Of a DNA stretch of 64,000 nt, positions 1-11,000 are shown in pieces. How positions within the stretch are numbered: position 1 is the stretch's first letter; each line of letters begins with the position of its first letter. This stretch comes from Microcoleus sp. GTDB lineage: Bacteria; Cyanobacteriota; Cyanobacteriia; Cyanobacteriales; Microcoleaceae. The notes under the pieces are model-generated. The model was not told the DNA's origin. It worked only from the letters and a program-made list of their open reading frames with translations, and made no database searches. Location: NCBI GenBank assembly GCA_042408215.1, contig JAYFMW010000007.1:96001-160000 (forward strand), written 5' to 3'. The translations under genes and the position numbers were made by a program.

Positions 1-354
1 TTTGATAATTGGGTTGCCCAAAGGTTCAAAAATTGCTGTCGGGCCGGCCATTCTCCCCAATAGTCCCAAATTTTCGATATCTTGCGGTTGGGAAGTGGTT
101 TGAGTAAAGTAGATAGGGATTTCGCGGATTTCTGAAGTGACATCGCGCCTAACATTAACCGTTCCGAGGGGAGACAGCAATTCCTGTAATAAGTTTTTGG
201 CAAAGCGATTGTGAATCACTTCTGTCGCTGGTTTTTCTTGATTTATTTCCCCATCATTTGAATTGGTGCATTGATGAACATGAACCGTGCCGATGGTAGA
301 TAGTAAAGTTGTGAGATATTCTTTGGCAAAGCGATCGTGAATTAATTCTGTCAT
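1..354 (-). CDS. Conserved cyanobacterial hypothetical protein (HDxFAK family), 5' part; runs off the window
   Basis: Hand translation from ATG at 354 stays open to base 1: MTELIHDRFAKEYL...IHNRFAKNLLQELLSPLGTV...LGLLGRMAGPTAIFEP. Absent from the ORF track because it has no stop in the window. Confidence 0.65.
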   Translation of the reverse strand, partial: MTELIHDRFAKEYLTTLLSTIGTVHVHQCTNSNDGEINQEKPATEVIHNRFAKNLLQELLSPLGTVNVRRDVTSEIREIPIYFTQTTSQPQDIENLGLLGRMAGPTAIFEPLGNPIIK

Positions 355-392
355 TGGATTTGTGATTTGAGATTACTGCGGTATATCAATTA

Positions 393-490
393 AGCTGTTA
401 CGCATTTAAACCACTAACGAGGTCTGTAGGGTGCCACGGCTCGTAGGCGTAAGCCGGGGCGCAGCCATCGCTTACTATACAAGGGAAACG
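393..490 (+). repeat. 98-bp direct repeat, left copy (REP-like)
   Basis: agctgttacgcatttaaaccactaacg...caagggaaacg matches 35324-35421 with 3 mismatches. Confidence 0.9.
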
Positions 491-518
491 TTTGTTTTCC
501 GGTGTATTACCGCTCACA

Positions 519-551
519 AGCGAATTTCCATTTCAGAGTAGGAGTCAGGTC
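519..551 (-). pseudogene. Relic of a toxin-cassette homology arm
   Basis: Translates DLTPTLKWKFA versus DLTPTFQWQFA in the toxin; same junction with the PRP leader as at about 7091. Confidence 0.6.
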
Positions 552-558
552 AGAGGAT

Positions 559-603
559 GATTGTACTATAATTCAGAAGTTAAAATAATTGACTAGATAA
601 TTT
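559..603 (+). promoter_or_regulatory. Conserved PRP leader with TATAAT -10 box (also before 1627, 2650 and 7146)
   Basis: attgtactataattcagaagttaaaataattgactagataattt recurs nearly unchanged upstream of four PRP ATGs. Confidence 0.55.
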
Positions 604-1401
604 ATGAATGCTGAAGAATTACTAAGACGATATGCTGATGGTGAAAGAGATTTTGCTGAGGTTGATTTGAGCGGTGTCGATTTGAACAAGGCAAATCTCC
701 TTGATATCAGTCTCGCCAATGCCAATCTGATTAATGCTAACTTTAGTTATGCTGACTTGATTAATGCTAACTTGAGTGGTGCTAACTTGAGCAATGCTAA
801 CTTGAATTGTATTGACTTGAACGACGCTAACTTGAGCAATGCTAACTTGAGCGAGGCTCACTTGGATGGTGCTCAGTTGATTAATGCTAATTTTAGTGGT
901 GCTAACTTGAGAGAAGCTTGGTTGGAAGGGGCTGACTTGAGTGGAGCCAATCTAAGTAATGCCTGCTTGGAAAATGCAACTTTGCACTATGCTGACGCGA
1001 CTGATGCCAACCTCAGTGGAGCTAATTTGAAAAATGGTTTTTTATCTAGGCTCAACTGTGAAAATACTAACCTCACTGGAGCCGACCTCAGCGATGCAGA
1101 CCTCGGTGAAGCTGGTTTTGACAAAGCAACTCTAATTGGCGCGAATCTAAGTAACACCAAGCTGCATCAAACAGGGTTTGAAAATTCCGATCTTACTGGA
1201 GCTAACTTTAGTGGTTCAATTATGGATGAAACATCGTTTGATGGTTCAAATCTCAGTCACGCTAATCTGATGGGAGTTCAGCCAGAACCTAGTCTGATGG
1301 CAAAGAAGGTTAGGCTTATGGGAAAAGGGTTTGAAGAAGCTATCTTATGTAAGACTATCATGCCTGATGGTAGCATCCGCAATGATAATTGTACAGCTTG
1401 A
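604..1401 (+). CDS. Pentapeptide repeat protein (subtype A), candidate immunity protein
   Basis: A(N/D)LxG repeats, MNAEELLRRY..GERDF N-cap, CKTIMPDG C-cap. Confidence 0.93.
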   Translation: MNAEELLRRYADGERDFAEVDLSGVDLNKANLLDISLANANLINANFSYADLINANLSGANLSNANLNCIDLNDANLSNANLSEAHLDGAQLINANFSGANLREAWLEGADLSGANLSNACLENATLHYADATDANLSGANLKNGFLSRLNCENTNLTGADLSDADLGEAGFDKATLIGANLSNTKLHQTGFENSDLTGANFSGSIMDETSFDGSNLSHANLMGVQPEPSLMAKKVRLMGKGFEEAILCKTIMPDGSIRNDNCTA

Positions 1402-1626
1402 TTAATGCTAAACATTACTGAAAACATATCTACCTTCCGTTTGAAAATTCATCATATTTCTGTTTCGACCCACGTCTGATAAATTAATATAAATCCGCGT
1501 TAAATATCCTCTTTATAATTAACCTCAGCAGCGGTAATATGAAGTTGAGGGCGATCGCATTGGAATAGCAAAACAAAGAATAATTGTACTATAATTCAGA
1601 AGTTAAAATAATTGACTAGATAATTT

Positions 1627-2427
1627 ATGAACGCTGAAGAATTGCTCGAACGGTATACCAGTGGAGAAAGACACTTTGCTGGGGTTGACTTGAGCGGTGT
1701 CGATTTGAACAAGGCAAAGCTCATTGATATCAATCTCGCCAATGCTATTTTGATTAATGCTAACTTGACGAGTACTCATTTGAGTGGTGCTGACTTGAGT
1801 GGTGCTAACTTGAGCGAGGCTAACTTGGATTGTATTCACTTGACCGAGGCTAACTTGACCGAGGCTAACTTGACCGAGGCTAACTTGGATGGCGCTGAGT
1901 TGATTAAGGCTAATTTTAGTGGTGCTAACTTGAAAGGAGCTTGGTTGGAAGGGGCTGACTTGACGGGAGCTAATCTAAGTAATGCCTGCTTAGAAAACGC
2001 AACTTTGCACTATGCTGACGTGACTGATGCCAACCTCAGTGGAGCTAATTTGAAAAATGGTTTTTTATCTCGGCTCCACTGTCAAAATACAAACCTCACT
2101 GGAGCCGACCTCAGCGATGCAGATGTCACTGAAGCTGGTTTTTATAAAGCAACTCTAATTGGCGCAAATCTGAGTAACACCCAGTTGCATCAAACAGGGT
2201 TTACTAATTCAGATCTTACTGGAGCAAACCTCAGTGGTGCGATTCTAGAGGAAACATCATTTGATGGTTCAAATCTGTGCAATGCTAATCTGATGGGAGC
2301 TAGAGGAGAGCCTGAATATGGCCCAAATACAACAATCAATCTTTGCGGAGAATGGGAAGACGCTACCTTGTGCAATACTGTCATGCCAGATGGAACGATC
2401 CGAAACGATAATTGCCCAGAGCGATAA
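1627..2427 (+). CDS. Pentapeptide repeat protein (subtype A)
   Basis: Pentapeptide repeats; tandem paralog 1023 bp after 604. Confidence 0.93.
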   Translation: MNAEELLERYTSGERHFAGVDLSGVDLNKAKLIDINLANAILINANLTSTHLSGADLSGANLSEANLDCIHLTEANLTEANLTEANLDGAELIKANFSGANLKGAWLEGADLTGANLSNACLENATLHYADVTDANLSGANLKNGFLSRLHCQNTNLTGADLSDADVTEAGFYKATLIGANLSNTQLHQTGFTNSDLTGANLSGAILEETSFDGSNLCNANLMGARGEPEYGPNTTINLCGEWEDATLCNTVMPDGTIRNDNCPER

Positions 2428-2649
2428 ATGCTAAACATTGCTGAAAACATATCTACCCTCCGTTTGAATATTTATCATATTTCTGTGTCGATAGGCGTCA
2501 GATAAATTAATACAAATCCGCGTTAAATATCCCCTTTATAATTAACCGCACCAGCGCGACTAGGAGGTTAACTGCGATCGGATAGGACTAGCAAAACATA
2601 GGATAATTGTACTATAATTCAAAAGTTAAAATAATTGACTAGATAATTT

Positions 2650-3447
2650 ATGAACGCTGAAGAATTGCTCGAACGGTATACCAGTGGAGAAAGACACTTT
2701 GCTGGGGTTGACTTGAGCGGTGTCGATTTGAACAAGGCAAAGCTCATTGATATCAATCTCGCCAATGCTATTTTGATTAATGCTAACTTGACGAGTACTC
2801 ATTTGAGTGGTGCTGACTTGAGTGGTGCTAACTTGAGCGAGGCTAACTTGGATTGTATTCACTTGACCGAGGCTAACTTGACCGAGGCTAACTTGACCGA
2901 GGCTAACTTGGATGGCGCTGAGTTGATTAAGGCTAATTTTAGTGGTGCTAACTTGAAAGGAGCTTGGTTACAAGGGGCTGACTTGACGGGAGCTAATCTA
3001 AGTAATGCCTGCTTAGAAAACGCAACTTTGCACTATGCTGACGTGACTGATGCCAACCTCAGTGGAGCTAATTTGAAAAATGGTTTTTTATCTCGGCTCA
3101 ACTGCCAAAATACAAACCTCACTGGAGCCGACCTCAGCGATGCAGACCTCGGTGAAGCTGGTTTTTATGAAGCGACTCTAATTGGCGCGAATCTAAGTAA
3201 TACCAAGTTGCATCAAACAGGGTTTTGGAATTCTAACCTAAGTAAAGCTAACTTTAGTGGTGCGATTATGGATGAAACATCATTTGATGGTTCAAATCTG
3301 TGCCACGCTAATCTGATGGGAGCTAGACCCGATCCTGAATATGACGACTCAAATATAATCAATCTTTGCGGAAAATGGGAAGACGCTACCTTGTGCAATA
3401 CTATCATGCCAGATGGAACGATCCGAAATGATAATTGTACAGCTTGA
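2650..3447 (+). CDS. Pentapeptide repeat protein (subtype A), convergent with cassette 3641
   Basis: Pentapeptide repeats; 1023 bp after 1627, with a nearly identical N-terminal half. Confidence 0.93.
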   Translation: MNAEELLERYTSGERHFAGVDLSGVDLNKAKLIDINLANAILINANLTSTHLSGADLSGANLSEANLDCIHLTEANLTEANLTEANLDGAELIKANFSGANLKGAWLQGADLTGANLSNACLENATLHYADVTDANLSGANLKNGFLSRLNCQNTNLTGADLSDADLGEAGFYEATLIGANLSNTKLHQTGFWNSNLSKANFSGAIMDETSFDGSNLCHANLMGARPDPEYDDSNIINLCGKWEDATLCNTIMPDGTIRNDNCTA

Positions 3448-3514
3448 GGAATGCTAAACATTACTAAAAACAGATATTCATCTGATTTCTGTTTCAATAG
3501 GAGTCAGATAAATT

Positions 3515-3635
3515 AATACAAATCCGCGTTAAATATCCCTTTTATAATTAACCGCACCAGCGCGACTAGGGCCGAGAGGGAGATCGAGAGAGTTGGGGAA
3601 GAACATAAAGGGGATTTTAACGCGGATTCGGTATT
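3515..3635. repeat. About 30-bp inverted repeat between convergent genes (terminator or MITE remnant)
   Basis: aatacaaatccgcgttaaatatcccttttat ... ataaaggggattttaacgcggattcggtatt; the left arm alone recurs near 1487 and 2509. Confidence 0.7.
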
Positions 3636-3640
3636 ATTTA

Positions 3641-6600
3641 TTATTCCTCCTCAAGTTCCTCAGATTCACCCTCAAGCTCCTCAAGTTCCTCTTCCGGCTC
3701 TGTAGGGTCTTCGGGAAGTGGCGGTGGATTTGATTTCCAAGGAAGGCTAGCCCAAGTATCTCCAATAGATTCTTTACTGGGAAAGATGTATTTGATATCT
3801 TTGATATCTTGTTTTATTTCTTGAGGAAGAAGAGGGAATAGATCGTAGCCGATCTTGGTTTCTATTTCTTCAAGAGACCAGACAGGACGTTGAGTGAGAT
3901 CGTCAATCTTACTCCAATCCTTGTTTCTCCAGCCTTCGGCAATGTTACGGGGGTCTTGATTTGGATAATAAAAACCAACGGCATATACAGGAGTTGCGCT
4001 AGGGTCTGCACCCGGCTTATCCAAAACCACCATGACTTTCCATATATTTGCTGGAATTTGAATATCTTTACCGCCCGCATCCAAATTGTCCTTAATGCCA
4101 TCAATGCCATTAATGACATAGACTTCTTTACCGTTTAGCGCAAAATCTTGCCCGTAGTTTTCAAATTTCTCCCAAAAACTTACGCTATTATGTTTCGTCT
4201 GCTGTGGAACAATATTTGTTAGCAGATTGACAGCTTTACTGTCCTTGAGAGTAATACTGCGAGATGCCAGAGGTGTTTGATGACCTCCAACATAAGGAGC
4301 TCTATTTTTATAATCAGCGTTTGTCACTTGGTAAAAATCTGGTGGAAGGCTGCGATCGTTAGTGAAACCGCGCTTACTAGGATTTTGCTCTCCTGTCAAA
4401 TATATCGATGATTTATTGATCTGGAAACTCGCCCAGTTAGGTATATTTCCAGTACCGTTGTAAGACAGAGTATACTGCGGTTTTTCAAGCAGCAAGTTGT
4501 CTTTATAGAGATTCCCATCATAAGCAGCACCGCTATACCTTGCTGGACTGCTGCCATTCTTGGGTGTCGGTTCCCCAAATTTAAGAGAACTACTCTTGAA
4601 AAAGACATCATCTAAGTAAACCGCGTCGCTACCTTCCAATTCAAATTTGAGCGTCGCTGTTTTACCTCGGAACTTATCTAATTCTTTTTGTTGGGTTGAC
4701 CCTTGATAGAAAGTGTCAAATACATTAAAAGTTTCAAAACCTCTAGTCGCATATCCAAGTTTACGGGCAGCATCTTTTTCGAGATCGTTGTTGTAGAAAG
4801 AGTCTGATGTTCCTGTTAGAAAATTAGCTTCATCGAGAAGAATAATTTCAGTTATCTCTTCACCAGAAGCTACATCTTTTAGAGTAACTTTAAGCTTCCC
4901 ATGTCCATTAGCTGCTTCTTTGGGAACATGAATGTTGAACCGCAAAGACCCCCAATCTGGTACAACAAAGCGGTTGTGCGTCATGCTGTCACCACCCTTT
5001 AATTCCAGAGCATAGTTAGAGAAGTTAGGGTCATTACTATCAATACCCATCCTTTCTAGATAAGAGGTTCCAGGGATCTCATTGTTGTGTCGTAGGCTAC
5101 GTTGTTTGAGACTATCAATGGTACTCCAATTTACTAAATGCTTCGTGGGGTCTGCCAACTTTGATGTGGCACTATTGTGGAAAGACCACCCCGGAATTTC
5201 CTGAGAGATAGCATTCCGACCCAAATTTTCGGCAGCACTCTTATTAGGAATGTACTGGTCAAAATTCCCATTAAACAGAGTAGGAACCGCATAATCTCCC
5301 CGCATCCCAGCTTCAAGCGTATTATCAAAACTCACCGGAACGCGCCCAGTAGGGCTATACTGACGCTGCTCTTTACCTCCACCCAAAACAGAATAAAACC
5401 AACCCTCACCAACCCCTTCACCATTGCCATTATCATACCAAGGTTTAGCTGCCGGGAAATTCGGATCGAACATTTCGGGTAAACCCATTTTACCCAACAT
5501 ATCGTTAACTGCTTGAGGCTTCTCAGAAGCCTCCACATGAGGATACTGAAGTAAAACTTCCTCCAAGTCTAAATCAACTGTCCCCGCATACCATCCAAAT
5601 GCTCGCTTGTGCGTCCCTGCAATAACATCATCCTTAGTAAACCCAATCCGACTGTTTATCCGATCTGGTTCCTCCTCACGAGTACCGAGTAAAATCTCTC
5701 GGTCTGCCTTCCCTAAAGTAACACCCGACGCTTTAGGAAAATTCAGTCCAGCGGGTTTGGGATTCTTATCCAATTCCTCTTGTGGAAGTAGACCCAAAGC
5801 ACGACCATTAGGAGTAGCAGTACCACCATTCGGGTCAGCCACAGTTTGATAATAGTTATCAGCAAACGTAACATTATTCCAAACCTGAACCTTGGGTTCG
5901 TAGAAATCGCTGAAATTTGTTTCGATAAATTCCAGTAAATTTAATTTCAAACTAGGTTGGTAGAAATCGTGCGGGTCGATTGTTGTCATTTGGAGGTCTC
6001 GTGAGGCCATAGATTTGCCGCCCGCTTGGGGGAAAAAAGTCCCTAAACGCTGTACGATTTCGCTATTGACAACAGTACCCCGACTGAAACCCATGAAGTG
6101 CAGTGGCGAGTTGAACAAATCCCCCTGAGTGCGAATCAGGTTCCCTTGGCTGTCGTACAACCGCTTTAATTGATTGTTTTCATACTCTCCAACCTTACCC
6201 CCTAATGCCAGATCCAACTGCACCATAGAAGCAAACAAAGCATCAGCCGCGCCCTCAGAAAAGCCAACGTCAGGAATGACTGATTCTCTGTCCAACGACC
6301 ATTCATTCAGCAACACTAACGGTTTGTTATTGTTGAGGTATTTAATCTCCTTTCCATCTATAACCACACCTTTTTTTAACTTATTTGCCAAAGTTGATAA
6401 ATAAGCTGTTTCGCTGGTGTTAAGCCCGTCGGTCAACTCAGTTATTACCCGTCCCTGTAAATCTATAGGAATCCAGTTGCCTGTAGGCTTGTCGTAACGC
6501 ATAATTAACCCGCTGTTTTCCGGTGTATTGCCGCTAACAGTGGCAATTTTATTGGTCATTTGGAAAAAGGAATCAGGAATCCCAGACTGCACCGGCAAAA

Positions 6601-7091
6601 GTGTAAAACCATGAGTCAACACGCTCACGCTGCTGAAAGGACTGTTGCTAACAGGAAGTAAAGTTTTAAACTGCCCCAAATCTTTGGTCACAGCGCCGCT
6701 CTTACTCACAGCTTCAACAGCAAAATTGTAGTTCTGGCCCGCAGTAAGACTCCTCGGTAGCGTGAAGTTAGTGCTAGTATTTGCGGGGTCATTTAAAGGT
6801 TGGTCAAGAGGCGTAATCCCGTCGTGCCCGTACCACTTGCCAGTATCTTTCTTCCAAGTCGCCGTCAGAATCCGGTTGGGATTGAAGTCGTCATAACCGT
6901 TCCAAGGCTTGGAAAGAAGTTGACGCTTTTGTGTTTCCGAGAAGCCGGGAAGGAGTGCCGAATCTGATAAATCGACGACTTTATCCCAGGGCAATAAACC
7001 CTTGCCTTGCTCGAACGTACTGACAAAAAGATTGACCTCTTTCACATTCTCCCAACCAGGAGCAAACTGCCATTGAAAAGTAGGAGTCAGG
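3641..7091 (-). CDS. Orphan toxin C-terminal cassette: FN3-like, GxSxG hydrolase, NucA-like nuclease (VGGH) and acidic tail
   Basis: ORF 3641-7045; homology to the full-length gene continues upstream of the GTG to DLTPTFQW (about 7091); YVGGHQTP...TNIVPQ...N..FWEKFE. Confidence 0.85.
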
Positions 7092-7145
7092 TCAGAGGAT
7101 GATTGTACTATAATTCAGAAGTTAAACTAATTGAATAGATAATTT

Positions 7146-7964
7146 ATGAACGCTGAAGAATTGCTCCGACGGTATGCTGCTGGTGAGAGGAATTTTGCTG
7201 GGGTTGATTTGAGCGGTGTCGATTTGAACAAGGCAAATCTCCTTGAGATCAATCTCGCCAATGCCAATCTGATTAATGCTAACTTGAGTTATGCTGACTT
7301 GAGTGGTGCTGACTTGAGCAATGCTAACTCGATCAATGCTAACTTGCGTTGTATTGACTTGATTAATGCTAACTTGAGTAATGCTAACTTGAGCGAGGCT
7401 AACTTGGATGGCGCTCAGTTGATTAATGCTAATTTTAGTGGTGCTAACTTGAAAGGAGCTTGGTTGGAAGGGGCTGACTTGACTGGAGCTAATTTCAGTA
7501 ATGCCTGCTTAGAAAAAGCCAACTTAGGTCATACTGACTTAACTGATGCCAACCTCAGTGGAGTCAATTTAAAAAGTGGTTTTTTATCAGGAGTAAACTG
7601 TGAAAATACTAACCTCAACGGAGCCGATATCAGCGATGGAGATATCACTGAAGCCTACTTTGAAAAAGCGACTCTAATTGGCACGAATCTAAGTAATACC
7701 AAGTTGCATCAAACTGGGTTTTGGAATTCTGACCTAACTGGAGCTAATTTCAGCGGTGCAGTTCTCGATGAAACTTCGTTTGAAGGAGCCAATCTCAGCA
7801 ATGCTAATCTAAAGGGGGCTCAACCAGAACCTACTCTCCTCACACAGAGGATTAGGTTGATGGGGAAAGGGTTTGAAGAAGCTATCTTATGTAAGACTAT
7901 CATGCCTGATGGCAGTATCCGCAATGATAATTGTATGCCTGAACAATCCAATGAGCTAATATAA
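7146..7964 (+). CDS. Pentapeptide repeat protein (subtype A), convergent with cassette 8067
   Basis: Pentapeptide repeats; C-terminus like the 604 paralog (QPEP...RLMGKGFEEAILCKTIMPDG). Confidence 0.93.
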   Translation: MNAEELLRRYAAGERNFAGVDLSGVDLNKANLLEINLANANLINANLSYADLSGADLSNANSINANLRCIDLINANLSNANLSEANLDGAQLINANFSGANLKGAWLEGADLTGANFSNACLEKANLGHTDLTDANLSGVNLKSGFLSGVNCENTNLNGADISDGDITEAYFEKATLIGTNLSNTKLHQTGFWNSDLTGANFSGAVLDETSFEGANLSNANLKGAQPEPTLLTQRIRLMGKGFEEAILCKTIMPDGSIRNDNCMPEQSNELI

Positions 7965-7999
7965 AAATTTTCAGATCCAGACAATACAAAGTGGGGATA

Positions 8000-8033
8000 A
8001 AAAATCAGGCTTCTTGGAGAAGCCTGGTTTTTT
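8000..8033. terminator. Probable bidirectional terminator
   Basis: aaaaatcaggcttct-tgg-agaagcctggttttt hairpin with A and T tracts, between convergent genes. Confidence 0.65.
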
Positions 8034-8066
8034 GCTACATTACACTCATCGGAAAACCTCTATCAA

Positions 8067-11000
8067 TTATTCACTCTCAAGTTCCTCAGATTCCTCTTCT
8101 GGATCTGTAGGGTCTTCTGGAGGTGGCGGTGGATTTGATTTCCAAGGAAGGCTATCCCAAGTATCTCCAATAGATTTTTGCTTTGGAAAAATGTACTTGA
8201 TATCTTTGATATCTTTTTTGATTTCTTGAGGAAGAAGAGGGAATAGATCGTAGCCGATCTCGTTTTCTATTTCTTCCAAAGACCAGACAGGACGTTGAGT
8301 ACGATCGTCTATCTTACTCCAATCCTTATTTCTCCACTTTGTGGCAATCTTACCAGGGTCTTCATTTGGATAATAAAAACCAACGGCATAAACGGGAGTT
8401 GTGGTAGGATCTGCACCTGGTTTATCCAAAACCAGCATGACTTTCCACAAATTAGCAGGAATTTGAATAGTTTTACCATCGGCATCAAATCTATCCTTGA
8501 TTCCATGAATGCCATTAATGACATAAACTTCTTTACCTTCCTTGGCAAAATCTTGCCCGTAGTTTTCAAATTTCTCCCACAGTGGGCTGTTATTTTTAAT
8601 CTGTTGTGGAACGATATTAGTCATCAGATTGACAAATCTCTTGTCTTTTATCGTAATGCTGCGAGCTGCTAGAGGTGTTTGATGACCTTGAACGTAACCC
8701 AAGGGGACTGCGCTATCGTAATCATTACTACTTACCCGATTAAAATTGGGTGGAAGGCTTTTGTCTATAATAAAAGATCGCTCAGTAGGATTAGGCTCAC
8801 CTGGCAAATATATCGATGATTTATCGATCTGGAAACTAGCCCAGTTAGGTATGTTTCCAGTACCGTTGTAAGACAGAGTATACTGCGGTTTTTCAAGCAG
8901 CAAGTTGTCTTTATAGAGATTCCCATCATAAGCAGCACCGCTATACCTTGCTGGACTGCTGCCATTCTTGGGTGTCGGTTCCCCAAATTTAAGAGAACTA
9001 CTCTTGAAAAAGACATCATCTAAGTAAACCGCGTCGCTACCTTCCAATTCAAATTTGAGCGTCGCTGTTTTACCTCGGAACTTATCTAATTCTTTTTGTT
9101 GGGTTGACCCTTGATAGAAAGTGTCAAATACATTAAAAGTTTCAAAACCTCTAGTCGCATATCCAAGTTTACGGGCAGCATCTTTTTCGAGATCGTTGTT
9201 GTAGAAAGAGTCTGATGTTCCTGTTAGAAAATTAGCTTCATCGAGAAGAATAATTTCAGTTATCTCTTCACCAGAAGCTACATCTTTTAGAGTAACTTTA
9301 AGCTTCCCATGTCCATTAGCTGCTTCTTTGGGAACATGAATGTTGAACCGCAAAGACCCCCAATCTGGTACAACAAAGCGGTTGTGCGTCATGCTGTCAC
9401 CACCCTTTAATTCCAGAGCATAGTTAGAGAAGTTAGGGTCATTACTATCAATACCCATCCTTTCTAGATAAGAGGTTCCAGGGATCTCATTGTTGTGTCG
9501 TAGGCTACGTTGTTTGAGACTATCAATGGTACTCCAATTTACTAAATGCTTCGTGGGGTCTGCCAACTTTGATGTGGCACTATTGTGGAAAGACCACCCC
9601 GGAATTTCCTGAGAGATAGCATTCCGACCCAAATTTTCGGCAGCACTCTTATTAGGAATGTACTGGTCAAAATTCCCATTAAACAGAGTAGGAACCGCAT
9701 AATCTCCCCGCATCCCAGCTTCAAGCGTATTATCAAAACTCACCGGAACGCGCCCAGTAGGGCTATACTGACGTTGCTCTTTACCACCACCCAAAACAGA
9801 ATAAAACCAACCCTCACCAACCCCTTCACCATTGCCATTATCATACCAAGGTTTAGCAGCCGGGAAATTCGGATCGAACAATTCGGGTAAACCCATTTTA
9901 CCCAACATATCGTTAACTGCTTGAGGCTTCTCAGAAGCCTCCACATGAGGATACTGAAGTAAAACTTCCTCCAGGTCTAAATCAACCGTCCCAGCATACC
10001 ATCCAAATGCTCGCTTGTGCGTCCCTGCAATACTATCATCTTTCGTAAACCCAATCCGACTATTTATCCGATCTGGTTCCCCCTGACGAGTACCGAGTAA
10101 AATCTCTCGGTCTGCTTGCCCTAAAGTAACACCATTAACTGTCGGAAAATTCAGTCCCGCAGGTTTAGGATTCTTATCCAATTCCTCTTGTGGAAGTTGA
10201 CCCAAAGCACGACCGTTGGGAGTAGCAGTCAAACCATTAGGATTAGCCACAGTTTGATAATAGTTATCAGCAAACGTAACATTATTCCAAACCTGAACCT
10301 TTGGTTCGTAGAAATCGCTAAAATTTGTGCTGATAAAACCAGGTAATTGTAAATTCAAACTAGGTTGGTAGAAATCGTGCGGGTCGATTGTTGTCATCTG
10401 GAGGTCTCGGTTAGCCATAGATGTTCCACCAGCTTGGGGGAAGAAAGTTCCTAAACGCTGTACGATTTCGCTATTGACAACAGTACCCCGACTGAAACCC
10501 ATGAAGTGCATGGGCGAATTGAACAAATCCCCCTGCTGGCGAATCAGCTTCCCTTGGCTGTCGTACAACCGCTTTAATTGATTACCTTCATATTCTCCAA
10601 CCTTACCCCCTAATGCCAGATCCAATTGCACCATTGAGGCAAACAAAGCATCAGCAGCACCTTCGGAGAAGCCAACATCGGGAATAACTGACTCCCTATC
10701 CAGCGACCATTCATTCAGCAACACTAACGGTTTGTTCTTGTTGAGGTATTTAATCTCCTTTCCATCTATAACTACCCCGGCTTTTAACTTATTTGCCAAA
10801 GTTGATAAATAAGCTGTTTCGCTGGTGTTAAGCCCGTCGGTCAACTCAGTTATCACCCGTCCCTGTAAATCTATAGGAATCCAGTTACCTGTAGGCTTGT
10901 CGTAGCGCATAATTAACCCGCTGTTTTCAGGTGTGTTGCCGCTAACAGTGGCAATTTTATTTGCCATTTGGAAAAAGGAATCAGGAATCCCAGACTGCAC

